DNA of 64,000 bases, from NCBI GenBank assembly GCA_964016885.1, contig OZ024746.1, positions 69,626,001 to 69,690,000 of the forward strand, given 5' to 3'. Below are positions 13,270 to 24,666 of this stretch, piece after piece. How positions within the stretch are numbered: the first letter of the stretch is position 1; each line of letters starts with the position of its first letter. The notes beneath the pieces were generated by a model that made no database searches, had not been told where the DNA came from, and saw only the letters and a list, made by a program, of their open reading frames with translations. A program made the translations under genes and the position numbers. Origin of the DNA: Eledone cirrhosa (taxonomy: Eukaryota).

Positions 13270-13330
<61 letters not shown>

Positions 13331-13365
13331 GTGTGTGTGTGTGTCTGTGTGTGTGTCTGTGTGTG
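12372..13365. repeat. Complex (GT)n satellite with higher-order repeats; duplicate at 21597-22950
   Basis: Recurrent GTCTGTGAGTCTGTGTGTCAGTGT motif within GT runs. Confidence 0.95.
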
Positions 13366-13466
13366 TTACGGCGAAATCTTCAAAATTAATTTTCAAATTC
13401 CGCTCACGTTTTCTAACACACGTGTTTCTCTCTCTCTCTCTCTATCTATCTATCTATTTATCTATA

Positions 13467-16003
13467 GGACCAAAACGGACGCGTGATACGTGAGCCGAAG
13501 CAGATGTGTGCGGCTTTTCAGCGGCACTTTGCTCGGCTGAACGGGGGGAGCGGCGCGCGGGGAGAGGCTATGGATTTCGGTCCATACCTCGACGGCCTAC
13601 CGCGACTCTCGGACAGCGAGGCAAAGTTCTGCGAAAAGCCTATTTCAGCCACTGAGATAGGGGACGCGCTGAGCCAATGCGGCAAACGCAAATCTCCAGG
13701 TCTCGACGGTCTACCCTACGAATTTTACGTAGCAATGCCGGACTTATTCTCCGGTCTCCTGGAAGCGGTCTACTGCAACTGGCAACAGAACGGGAGAATT
13801 CCCAGTTCTGTAACCGGGGGCGTGGTCACACTAATCAGGAAGGACGAGAATAAGGGGGATGACATAGGCAACTTCCGGCCCATAACTCTGCTAAACACAG
13901 AGTTACAGATTTTGGCCAAGGTGTTGGCAAAGAGGCTGGCGCTTGTCGTCGAGAACCTGGTGGGAGAAGCGCAGACATGCGCAATCCCGACCAGGTCCAT
14001 ACACGACAACCTCCACCTCATGCGATACATCATAGAGAGGGTAGGGTGTAAACCCGGCTTCGGTGGGGCCCTGATCAACTTGGATCAGTCTAAGGCTTTC
14101 GATAGGGTTGACCATCGTTACCTGGATGCGGTGCTCGAGGCGGCAGGCTTCGGACCCGTGTTCAGGGGCTGGATCGCTGCAATGCACAACAGCAACATCT
14201 GCTCAAGGGTCAAGGTGAACGGCTACCTCTCGGAGCCGTTCCATATTACGCGATCCATTCGACAGGGATGCCCTCTCTCCTTCCTTCTGTACGTACTGAC
14301 TCTCGAGCCACTACTGCGGAAGCTGGAGCTATTGCAGGGCATCCCTCTGGAACCGGGACTGCGGAAAGCGGCGTCGGCCTACGCCGACGACGTGACAGTA
14401 ATGGTGTCGAGCGCCTCGCAAATCGAGGAAGTCGGCACCTTACTGAAGGAATACGAAAGTCTCACAGGAGCGAAGCTGAACCGGGACAAGTCCATCGGTT
14501 TGCAACTCGGATCGTGGAGAGGCAGACCGATGCCTTCCGATGGCGTCGTCGGACGCTGGACGGAAGGACCAGTAAAGCTGCTCGGGGTCTGGTTTGGTCC
14601 GGACCTCCAGGTGGAGAAGAACTGGAACGAAGTGACGGCCAAGGTGTTTGCACTCACCCAGAAGTGGGCCGAGTGCAAACTATCCTTGAAAGGTCGAGCG
14701 GAGGTGGCGAACACTTTTATAGCGTCCGTCATCTACTACCGCTTGACCGTCGTGCCTTGTCCAGCCAAAACGCTCGCCAAAATGGAGCGCGCGCTCTTCC
14801 GATTCCTTTGGAAGAGGCGGGCTCCTTTGGTGAGAAGATCCATCTGCTGCCAACACCCTTCTAACGGAGGGCTGGGGATGCCGTGGTTGACGATGCGCAA
14901 ACACGCGCTCAGGCTGCGGCATCTCTACGTATTCCTCACTGGACAACCGGTGTGGGCCCCGTTCGTGAGGCGAGCCTTCCCACGACTCGTCTCGCTGACC
15001 GAGCTGCAGTCCTGGGTCAAGCAAAGACCGAGGAAAATGGGCGACTGGCACATCGAATGTGCTCAGGCGCTCACAGCCCTCTGGCAGGCAGACCCGGCGA
15101 TCAGTGGAGACTCCACTTCGTCATTCTATAGAGGGTTAGTCCGCAGCAAGTGCGACGACGCGCTCGGTGAAACTCTAGACGTAGAGGAAGATGAACTGGC
15201 CGGTCTGTTCGGTAGGACCTTCCGCCCGGGACCGATGGACAACTTCCAAAAGTCCCTGGCCTGGCAGTGCTACCGAGGAGCTCTACCAGTTCGAGACAAG
15301 CTCTACAGACATGGGCGCCCGGGCAGGGACCCTGCAAAAAAGATCTGTCCGAGGTGCGTGCGAGACGAAGAAACCATCGCGCACGCATTCATACACTGCC
15401 CGGGCGTCACTGACCTGTGGGGCTATGTAGAACGACTATTGTCGCGGGTGGGACCAGTCCAGTTGACCACCGAGTCCATTGTCATGATCAAACCGCCACC
15501 CTCCTTCAAAAACGAAGGAGAGGCGGTTTTCCTTTGTGTGATAGCTATGGCGAAAGAGGTTGTATGGTGGACAAGGTTGAAAGGGCTGAGGTCAGACACC
15601 TTTCTCTCCGGCCAACAACTGATTCTTTTTTTCAAATACCACTTTGGAAGAAGAATCATGATGGAGAGAGAGGTGCTGTACCCCAGCAAGTTTTATGAAA
15701 GGTGGGTGAAAGTGGCGAGAATGGCCCGAGTGAATGGGCCTTCTCTCTATATCAGCCTGTAGGTTGAGGAAAAGGAGGAGGAGAGGAAGGGAGTACAAAC
15801 TCTTCGTACTCCTGGAGATGAGGGTTGCACATTTTTTTTCGGGGGTATGTGTTACCCATATAAACTGTCTCCCTCTATTGGGGAAAATCGACTAACTTTT
15901 TAAATTCCATCTGTGATAACATTTTACACGTTTTTATTGTATGTAAACTTCCCCCTTTGTATTTGTCCCCTTCTTTTGTGCCCCTGTGGCTAATAAAGAA
16001 ATA
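13467..16003 (+). mobile_element. 5'-truncated Tx1/L1-clade LINE, recent insertion present only in duplication unit 1
   Basis: Uninterrupted ORF plus 3'UTR with AATAAA at 15992. Flanked by TATCTATA (13459-13466 and 16008-16015). The empty site is at ~23092. Confidence 0.93.
13483..15762 (+). CDS. LINE ORF2 fragment: reverse transcriptase plus C-terminal CCHC zinc knuckle (no true start)
   Basis: KSPGLDGLP, NFRPITLLN, LDQSKAFDRV, RQGCPLS, YADD, GGLGMP, CPRC-x8-H-x4-C. 759 codons without a stop. Confidence 0.93.
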   Translation: MIREPKQMCAAFQRHFARLNGGSGARGEAMDFGPYLDGLPRLSDSEAKFCEKPISATEIGDALSQCGKRKSPGLDGLPYEFYVAMPDLFSGLLEAVYCNWQQNGRIPSSVTGGVVTLIRKDENKGDDIGNFRPITLLNTELQILAKVLAKRLALVVENLVGEAQTCAIPTRSIHDNLHLMRYIIERVGCKPGFGGALINLDQSKAFDRVDHRYLDAVLEAAGFGPVFRGWIAAMHNSNICSRVKVNGYLSEPFHITRSIRQGCPLSFLLYVLTLEPLLRKLELLQGIPLEPGLRKAASAYADDVTVMVSSASQIEEVGTLLKEYESLTGAKLNRDKSIGLQLGSWRGRPMPSDGVVGRWTEGPVKLLGVWFGPDLQVEKNWNEVTAKVFALTQKWAECKLSLKGRAEVANTFIASVIYYRLTVVPCPAKTLAKMERALFRFLWKRRAPLVRRSICCQHPSNGGLGMPWLTMRKHALRLRHLYVFLTGQPVWAPFVRRAFPRLVSLTELQSWVKQRPRKMGDWHIECAQALTALWQADPAISGDSTSSFYRGLVRSKCDDALGETLDVEEDELAGLFGRTFRPGPMDNFQKSLAWQCYRGALPVRDKLYRHGRPGRDPAKKICPRCVRDEETIAHAFIHCPGVTDLWGYVERLLSRVGPVQLTTESIVMIKPPPSFKNEGEAVFLCVIAMAKEVVWWTRLKGLRSDTFLSGQQLILFFKYHFGRRIMMEREVLYPSKFYERWVKVARMARVNGPSLYISL

Positions 16004-16015
16004 TATCTATCTATA

Positions 16016-16270
16016 GCTCGTGTAAATGGGCCTTCTCTGCATACCATCCTGTAGGTAAAGAAGTGAAGGAGAGGGGAGCACCTTCTCCATGTGCTCCCCG
16101 GGCAAAGGATTGCACACTTTTTCGGGGGTGTGTGTAACCCCCATCACGTCCCCTCCCTTTTGAGGTTGTTTTCGATTATTTTCATTTTATACCCTTTTTA
16201 CTCGGTTTTATGTAAACTCCCCCTTTGTATTTGTCCCTTCTTTTTATGCCTTTATGGTAAATAAAGAAAT
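16016..16270 (+). mobile_element. 3'-terminal fragment of a related Tx1/L1 element (identical copy at 23093-23347)
   Basis: Similar to 15724-16003 (AATGGGCCTTCTCT..CCTGTAGGT, CCCCCTTTGTATTTGTCCC, AATAAAGAAATATATCTATCTAT). Confidence 0.85.
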
Positions 16271-16357
16271 ATATCTATCTATCTATCTCTCTATCTCTCT
16301 CTCTCTATCTCTTATTCACAAAAAAGGAAAAATTCAAAGTTTACCATTGAATAAATA

Positions 16358-16546
16358 GACGGGATTCCACACACTTTCCGTTTACCAAATTTCACTCCCC
16401 CCAAAAAATTGGTCAATTCAAGGCTATAGTAGACTATAATTGCCCCTTGGGCCAGACAGTGGGACTGAACCTGGAAGCAATGTGGTTGCAAGCTAACTTC
16501 TTTCCCGCACAGACACAGGCACATATACACAGCCATGCCTGCACCA
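16358..16546 (-). mobile_element. Decayed tRNA-derived SINE, second family (copy at 23435-23623; relative at 60145-60480 on +)
   Basis: Minus strand ATGGCTGTGT..GGTTCAGTCCCACTG..TCTACTATAGCC..GAGTGAAATTTGGTAAACGGAAA resembles 60145-60315. Confidence 0.65.
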
Positions 16547-16892
16547 CTTAGATGAAGAATATTGTGGGCGTGGCTTTTTAAGTGTCATTTTAGAAAACAC
16601 TTCCAGTTACCATTTTTTGTTTTTAATTTATATATTTATTTATTTTGTTTCACCCACTCTTGTTGCACATCTTTTCCACTTCATACTGACATTCTTCTTC
16701 GGTGTAAAACACTGAGTAAGCAGTAGGTTTATTTCTTCAGAATTTGCTTAGCTAGTCATCACAATAGTGCAGGAATTAACATAGAATTAAGATATACATA
16801 ATATATCTAATATATATATTCCGATATTATAACATACAATAACAACAACATTAACATCCATAGCAACTGGATAATAACATACACAAAGTAAA

Positions 16893-17100
16893 ATGCCAAC
16901 CAAAAGGAAGACTTCAAAAAATTCGCAATGGCTCAATATGGCAACGGGCTTCCTTGCCCTAGGGCTGTTGTTGTTCATTATCGGGTTTTCCACTGCACAT
17001 TGGGTGGTGCTAAGTAATAAACACATGGGACTTTGGGAACTATATACTTGTGTTGATGGAAGTTGCTATGAGATGTCTGCCGTCAGTAGACACAATGCTG
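16893..17100 (+). CDS. First coding exon (copy A) of a claudin/PMP22-EMP-MP20-superfamily tetraspan protein: N-terminus, TM1 and extracellular loop 1
   Basis: AAAATG start, hydrophobic helix GFLALGLLLFIIGFST, then W..GLW..C..C. Donor G|GTAAGT at 17101, phase 1. Two paralogues in the window. Confidence 0.75.
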
Positions 17101-17229
17101 GTAAGTTACCTACTTTTAAAAATATATTGAATATATTTGACCAGTTGATGTCATGTGTCCTTTAAACAATTGCCTATTATGTGTCGGGGCCCCTTATCAA
17201 TATTATATCTATATCAATATCCCTCTCTC

Positions 17230-17269
<40 letters not shown>

Positions 17270-18220
17270 CGGAATACTCCTAATAATTCCGAATAATAGG
17301 TGGTTTTAGAGGCAAGAAATCTTAGGTTCCGTTTCGAATCTTCGCCAGGTAAAACATAGTAGAATTCTGTTACATCTTCATTAGTCAACAATTTTTTAGC
17401 CAGTGTCACCTTGGCTGGGCTGTGTAAACACACCTCTGGTACTCAGTAGTCAGCAATCTTTTAGCTAGTGTCACCATAGCTGAGTAGGAAAAATACACAT
17501 CTGGCCCTCAACTGTTTGTTAGTCAGTGTCACCCTAGCTGAGCAGTGTAAACACCTCTAGCCCGCAGAACTTGGCTAGGTAGTATATCTCAACTACTCAT
17601 GAAAATCAAAATGATGAAGACATTGCAACAGAGAGCAGCCAGTGATAGCCGCTGCATTAGCCATTCCAACGGAGCAAACTCTACACACGAGGTCAGTCAG
17701 TATATCTTAGCTGTTCCTCCCAGACAAGATGGCGAAAACATTCCTGCGGAGAACAGCCAACGCCACACATTGCATCAGGTATTTCACCTCATGGGGCTCT
17801 TTATTTTAGGTCTGATACCCTCCTCCCGATCTTGCGAATAGTAGGTAGGGTGAAGGAGGATCCGTGGGTAAATTCATTCAAAATAACCGGAATGCTTGGT
17901 AGTGGACGGGTTGGTAAACACTACACTATATTCTTGAAGGGAGTGCTCCAGCATGGCTGCAAAGAAATAGCTGAAACCAGGAAACCAGTACAAAAAAAAA
18001 TACAAAAACAATTCACTGCTATAATTCTTTTTCTTCTTCTTCTTCTGTCACCTCCTAATACACCCCCTCCTCCTGTCACTTTATCCCCACCCCTCAAACT
18101 GTATTATCTACTATGTTATAACTAGGTCTACTGTTAAGCCATCAGGACCACCTGGCTTCAAGTAGGTTGACAGTAACTTGTAAATATTGCTGAGATTCAC
18201 GCTGCTGTTTATCCTAGTCA

Positions 18221-18540
18221 CATCATCATCATCATCACCTTCTTCATCCCCACCATCATTATCGTTCTCATTATCCTCATTATCATTACCACCAACACCA
18301 CCACCACCAGTACCAATACCACCGTCATCCTCCTCACCCATCACCACTATCATCTCTACACCAACATCATCCCACCACCACCACCACCACCACCACCATA
18401 AACCTACTACCATCACCCTACCAACAGGAATAATATCACTCTACCACCACCACCACCACCACCCTCACCCCATCATCTCCACTACCACGATCATCCCACA
18501 CTCACCCGCATCAACCCCACCTCCACCACCACCATATACA
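18221..18540. repeat. Degenerate CAT/CAC trinucleotide repeat (duplicate at 25446-25752)
   Basis: Seen directly. Confidence 0.9.
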
Positions 18541-18634
18541 TAGAAGTGTTCAGTTCATTATTCCACCTCCCCAAATCTTACCATGTTGATGTTAACAATT
18601 TATGGAATAATTCAACTTCCAACTATCATCTGTT

Positions 18635-19825
18635 AAACAGATGATAGTTGTGGCTGACCAGATGATAGCTTAGGCTGACCAGATGGTAGTTATGGCTGAC
18701 CAGATGATAGCTATGGCTGACCAGATGGTAGCTATGGCTGACCAGATGGTAGCTATGGCTGACTAGATGGTAGCTATGGCTGACCAGATGGTAGCTATGG
18801 CTGACCAGATGGTAGCTATGGCTGACCAGATGGAAGCTATGGCTGACCATATGGTAGCTATGGCTGACCAGATGATAGCTATGGCTGACCAGATGGTAGC
18901 TATGGCTGACCAGATGGAAGCTATGGCTGACCATATGGTAGCTATGGCTGACCAGATGGTAGCTATGGCTGACTAGATGCTAGCTATGGCTGACCAGATG
19001 ATAGCTATGGCTGACCAGATGGTAGCTATGGCTGACCAGATGGAAGCTATGGCTGACCATATGGTAGCTATGGCTGACCAGATGTTAGCTATGGCTGACT
19101 AGATGGTAGCTATGGCTGACCAGATGGTAGCTATGGCTGACCAGATGGTAGCTATGGCGGACTAGATGGTAGCTATGGCTGACCAGATGATAGCTATGGC
19201 TGACCGGATGGTAGCTATGGCTGACTAGATAGTAGCTATGGCTGACCAAATGGAAGCTATGGCTGACCAGATGGTAGCTATGGCTGACTAGATGGTAGCT
19301 ATGGCTGACCAGATGGTAGCTATGGCGGACTAGATGGTAGCTATGGCTGACCAGATGATAGCTATGGCTGACCAAATGGTAGCTATGGCTGACTAGATAG
19401 TAGCTATGGCTGACCAAATGGAAGCTATGGCTGACCAGATGGTAGCTATGTATGACTAGATGGTAGCTATGGCTGACCAGATGGTTGCTGTGGCTGACCA
19501 GATGGAAGCTGTGGCTGACTAGATGGTCGCTATGTATGACCAGATGGTAGCTATGTATGACTAGATGGTAGCTATGTATGACTAGATGGTAACTATGGCT
19601 GACTAGATGGTAGCTATGGCTGACTAGATGGTAACTATGGCTGACTAGATGGTAGCTATGGCTGACTAGATGGTAACTATGGCTGACTAGATGGTAACTA
19701 TGGCTGACTAGATGGTAGCTATGGCTGACTAGATGGTAACTATAGCTGACTAGATGGTAGCTATGGCTGACCAGATGATAGCTATGTATGACCAGGTGGT
19801 AGCTATGTATGACCAGATGGTAGCT
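18635..19825. repeat. 21-bp minisatellite (GATGGTAGCTATGGCTGACCA)n
   Basis: More than 50 tandem units. Confidence 0.97.
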
Positions 19826-19861
19826 CGGTTTCGAATCTTCGCCGGTAAAATATAGGAGTAT

Positions 19862-20050
19862 TGATTGGCAGTATTGGTAGAGGGTCGGACACCATGCTTT
19901 GCAGCATAGAGTTACGGCCCTTTATGGTATGAGTTCAAATCCCGCCGAAGTTAACTTTGCCTTTCATCCTTACGGGGTCGATAAAATAAAGTACCAGTAA
20001 TACACTAGCATAATCGCTGGCCTTGTGCCAAAAGTATAAACAATTATTTT
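19862..20050 (+). mobile_element. tRNA-derived SINE (duplicate of 11562-11750)
   Basis: Near-identical to 11562-11750, including ~210 bp of downstream flank. Confidence 0.88.
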
Positions 20051-20936
20051 AGTGTTTTCAGTCATTCGATTACGTCCATGCTGGGGCACGCAGTCTACCA
20101 TATTCCCGCCAATATTTTATTCTTTCAAGTCTGGCACATTTTCTTTTAATGTATTCCTGTCGAAACTCAAAGCTACAGGACATAGACAAAACAGAACTGA
20201 TTAAGTGGTGGACACGTAAAGATATACAGACACACACGTGCATACGCACATATATATATATATATATATGAAAAAGTGAGTCCTTCATCAGTGACCCTCC
20301 AACCGTCCTAGGCATTTCATCGCTTTAAGGGCCATATGCCTCAGGTTGGTGCGAACAACGGCTAAAAAAAGTCGTTGGGACACGTAAACAAAGAGGACGC
20401 CAGGGTAACAACAAAAAAGTTTAAGCAACGGAAAGTGAGAGGAAATAGACAAGTCCCAGATCTCTATGAATATAAACTCGGTGAAATCTTGAACAAGAGA
20501 CAAAAGACCATCAAACCTGGTTGAAATGTGAGCAAGGAAAGAATTTCGCCCAAGTTTGACGGGGGGGAAAAAAGAGAGATAGAAAGGAGAGAAGAGGAAG
20601 AAGAAGAAGAAGAAGAAGAAGAAGAAGAAGAAGAAGAAGAAGAAGATAAAGGGGTCTGGTCTACGAATTCGGTAAACGTAAGTTTTGTGAAGTCGCAGAC
20701 GAAAGAGAGAGAGAAAAAAATTCCATACCAGCTCGGTCAAGACCGTGCGAGAAAAGAATTACACACAGGTCAAACTTGAAGGAGGAGGAGGAAAGAGGAG
20801 GAGGAGAGGTAGTGACAGAGAATGAGTGAGTGAAAGTTGAGGAGGAGGCTAACAGAGAGAGAGACTGCTAGAAAGGGTAAAGATACAAGGAACGAAACAG
20901 ACGAGGCAGCATGGAAAAAATATATGTGTAAATATA

Positions 20937-21006
20937 ATAATAATGGAGCTGCGGCGTTGCAAATGGGATACATGTATCCCATTTGCAACGCCGCAGCTCC
21001 ATTATT

Positions 21007-21008
<2 letters not shown>
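20937..21008. repeat. Perfect 72-bp palindrome
   Basis: ATAATAATGGAGCTGCGGCGTTGCAAATGGGATACA|TGTATCCCATTTGCAACGCCGCAGCTCCATTATTAT. Confidence 0.95.
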
Positions 21009-21071
<63 letters not shown>

Positions 21072-21576
21072 ATATGGGTGAGAAGAATACTGCTGGTTGC
21101 GCATGGATAACATGTTATAAAATGAGTCCCTCATCAGTGATTTACCAAACGATCATTGGTATTTCATCGCATTAAAAATCATATACCTCACGTTGGAGCG
21201 ATAATAACTAAAATAAGTTATTACGACAATAGAAACGCGTAAAGCGAGTGAGACAAGTAAACAACATAGGGGGAAGCTAACCGAAGATGGAAATAAATAC
21301 AAGCAACATAGTTATTCTTTCAGCATAAGCTGTGTGAATATATGAGCGAGTCAGAAAACAGACCTTTCGCTAGTGAATCCGGTGTTAGAAAGAATGAAAA
21401 CCGTTTTCCCAGCGAACGGGAGGAAGAAAGAAGGGGAGAAACAGGGACTGAGTGAGTGGGAGTGGCGAGGAAGAGATCAGTAGAGAGAAAGAGTTAACTG
21501 ACGTGGCAGAGGGGACGAAAGAAAGTAAGAGAAACAGAGAGAACGAGGGAGCAGTAAGAGAGAAAAAGAGAAACAC

Positions 21577-21608
<32 letters not shown>

Positions 21609-22305
21609 CTGTGTGTGTGTTTGTGTGTCTGTGAGTCTGTGTCTCTCTGTGTGTGTATGTGTGTCTGTGTGTGTGTCTGTGTGTGTGTTTGTGTGTGCGT
21701 GTGTCTGTGTGTCTGTGAGTCTGTGTGTATGTGTGTATGTGTGTATGTGTGTCTGTGTGTGTGTGTCAGTGTGTTTGTGTATATGTGTGTCTGTGTGTGT
21801 CTGTGTGTGTCTGTCTGTGTCTGTGTGTGTCTGTGTGTATGTCTGTGTATGTGTGCGTATGTGTGTCTGTGTGTGTGTATGTGTGTGCGTGTGTGTGTGT
21901 CTCTGAGTCTGTGTGTCAGTGTGTGTATGTGTGTATGTGTCTGTGTGTGTGTCAGTGTGTTTGTGTATATGTGTGTCTCTGTGTGTTTGTGTGTCTGTGT
22001 GTGTGTATGTGTGTCTGTGTGTGTTTGTGTGTCTGTGTGTTTGTGTATATGTATGTGTGTGTGTGTGTGTGTGTGTATGTGTGTGCGTGTGTTTGTGTGT
22101 CTGTGTGTGTGTCTGTGAGTCTGTGTGTCAGTGTGTGTGTGTGTGTATGTGTGTGTGTCTGTGTGTGTGTCAGTGTGTTTGTGTATATGTGTGTCTGTGT
22201 GTGTTTGTGTGTCTGTGTGTGTGTCTGTGTGTGTGTGTCTGTGTGTGTGTGTATATGTCTGTGCATGTGTGTGTGTCTGTGTCTGTGTGTGTGTGCGTAT
22301 GTGTG

Positions 22306-22345
<40 letters not shown>

Positions 22346-23034
22346 TGTGTGCGTGTGTTTGTGTGTCTGTGTGTGTGTCTGTGAGTCTGTGTGTCAGTGT
22401 ATGTGTGTATGTGTGTGTGTCTGTATGTGTCAGTGTGTTTGTGTATGTGTGTGTCTGTGTGTGTTTGTGTGTATGTGTGTATGTTTGTGTATGTGTGTGT
22501 TTGTGTGTCTGTGTGTGTGCGTGTCTGTGTTTGTGTGCGTGTGCGTCTGTGTGTTTGTCTATATGTCTCTGTATGTGTGCATCTGTGTGTGTGTGTGTGT
22601 GTCTGTGTGTGTGTGTTTGTGTTTGTGTGTCTGTGCGTGTGTCTGTGGTTCTGTGTGTCAGTGTGTGTGTGTATGTGTGTATGTGTGTGTGTCTGTGTGT
22701 GTGTCAGTGTGTTTGTGTATATGTGTGTCTGTGTGTGAGTGTGTGTTTGTGTGTGGGGGGTGTCTGTGTGTGTGTTTGTGTGTGTGTTTGTGTGTGTGTG
22801 TCTGTGTGTGTGTGTCTGTGTGTGTATGTCTGTGTGTTTGTGTGTGGGTGTATGTGTGTGTGTGTGTTTGTCTGTGTGTCTGTGTCTGTGTGTGTGTGTC
22901 TGTGTGTCTGTGTGTGTGTCCGTGCATGTGTGTTTGTGTGTGTGTGTGTCCCTTTATTAGATTATTTTATCAAAGTTACGGCGAAATCTTCAATATTAAT
23001 TTTCAAATTCCGCTCCCGTTTTCTAACACACGTG

Positions 23035-23093
<59 letters not shown>

Positions 23094-23969
23094 CTCGTGT
23101 AAATGGGCCTTCTCTGCATACCATCCTGTAGGTAAAGAAGTGAAGGAGAGGGGAGCACCTTCTCCATGTGCTCCCCGGGCAAAGGATTGCACACTTTTTC
23201 GGGGGTGTGTGTAACCCCCATCACGTCCCCTCCCTTTTGAGGTTGTTTTCGATTATTTTCATTTTATACCCTTTTTACTCGGTTTTATGTAAACTCCCCC
23301 TTTGTATTTGTCCCTTCTTTTTATGCCTTTATGGTAAATAAAGAAATATATCTATCTATCTATCTCTCTATCTCTCTCTCTCTATCTCTTATTCACAAAA
23401 AAGGAAAAATTCAAAGTTTACCATTGAATAAATAGACGGGATTCCACACACTTTCCGTTTACCAAATTTCACTCCCCCCAAAAAATTGGTCAATTCAAGG
23501 CTATAGTAGACTATAATTGCCCCTTGGGCCAGACAGTGGGACTGAACCTGGAAGCAATGTGGTTGCAAGCTAACTTCTTTCCCGCACAGACACAGGCACA
23601 TATACACAGCCATGCCTGCACCACTTAGATGAAGAATATTGTGGGCGTGGCTTTTTAAGTGTCATTTTAGAAAACACTTCCAGTTACCATTTTTTGTTTT
23701 TAATTTATATATTTATTTATTTTGTTTCACCCACTCTTGTTGCACATCTTTTCCACTTCATACTGACATTCTTCTTCGGTGTAAAACACTGAGTAAGCAG
23801 TAGGTTTATTTCTTCAGAATTTGCTTAGCTAGTCATCACAATAGTGCAGGAATTAACATAGAATTAAGATATACATAATATATCTAATATATATATTCCG
23901 ATATTATAACATACAATAACAACAACATTAACATTCATAGCAACTGGATAATAACATACACAAAGTAAA

Positions 23970-24180
23970 ATGCCAACCAAAATTATTATCACTTCATCAA
24001 ATTCGCGATGGATCAATATGGCACTGGGCTTCCTTGCCCTAGGGCTGTTGTTGTTCATTATCGGGTTTTCCACTACACATTGGTTGGTGCTAAGTAATAA
24101 ACACATCGGACTTTGGGAACTATATACTTGTAATGCGAGAAGTTGCTATGAGATCTCTGCCGTCAGTAGACACAGTGCTG
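23970..24180 (+). CDS. First coding exon (copy B) of the claudin/PMP22-like protein
   Basis: Paralogue of 16893-17100 with an intact frame. Donor G|GTAAGT at 24181, phase 1. Confidence 0.75.
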
Positions 24181-24300
24181 GTAAGTTACCTACTTTTAAA
24201 AATATATTTGACCAGTTGATGTCATGTGTCCTTTAAACAATTGCCTATTATGTGTCGGGGCCCCTTGTCAATATTATATCTATATCAATATCCCTCTCTC

Positions 24301-24350
<50 letters not shown>

Positions 24351-24356
<6 letters not shown>

Positions 24357-24547
24357 CGGAATACTCCTGTTTTACCGGCCAAGATTCGAAATCGAATCTG
24401 AGCTTTCTCGCCTCTGGGAGAATCTCACCATTGTCTTCTCAAGACAATGGTGAGAACTTCCAACGATAGATTGTCCCAGAGGCGAGAAAGCTCAGATTCG
24501 GTTTCGAATCTTCGCCGATAAAATATAGGAGTATTCTGTTATCTATA
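24351..24547. mobile_element. ~195-bp foldback element next to (TA)n
   Basis: Arms ATAACGGAATACTCCT..AAGATTCGAAA.CGAATCTGAGCTTTCTCGCCTCTGGGA and their reverse complement, with an inner hairpin TCTCACCATTGTCTT/AAGACAATGGTGAGA. Fragments also at ~17265-17372, 19826-19862 and 25160-25270. Confidence 0.8.
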
Positions 24548-24564
24548 CATATATACATATACGT

Positions 24565-24666
<102 letters not shown>

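Noticed and set aside
12373-13389. Cys/Val-rich ORFs (also 21597-23214 and 37638-38444)
   Set aside because: (GT)n satellite, not metallothionein- or keratin-associated proteins.
16560-16890. Promoter elements upstream of exons A and B (GC-box-like GGGCGTGGC at ~16566)
   Set aside because: Short motifs are not distinguishable from chance without TSS data.
17101-17165. ORF-track extension of the claudin-like ORFs past the GT (also 24181-24236 and 55752-55759)
   Set aside because: Read-through into intron: the donor position is conserved in all three paralogues and similarity to copy C ends there.
18187-18543. Signal-peptide-like S/P/H-rich ORF (duplicate 25412-25756) and poly-L/S/V ORFs at 54121-55034
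   Set aside because: Trinucleotide low-complexity repeat with non-ATG or incidental starts.
18635-19825. Regular repeat arrays as possible CRISPR (also 62686-63160)
   Set aside because: Contiguous tandem units without unique spacers, no cas genes, eukaryotic context.
20275-20335. GAAA..CTGATGA on the minus strand (also 21125-21175) as a type II hammerhead
   Set aside because: Stems I and III and the UH site cannot be formed properly.
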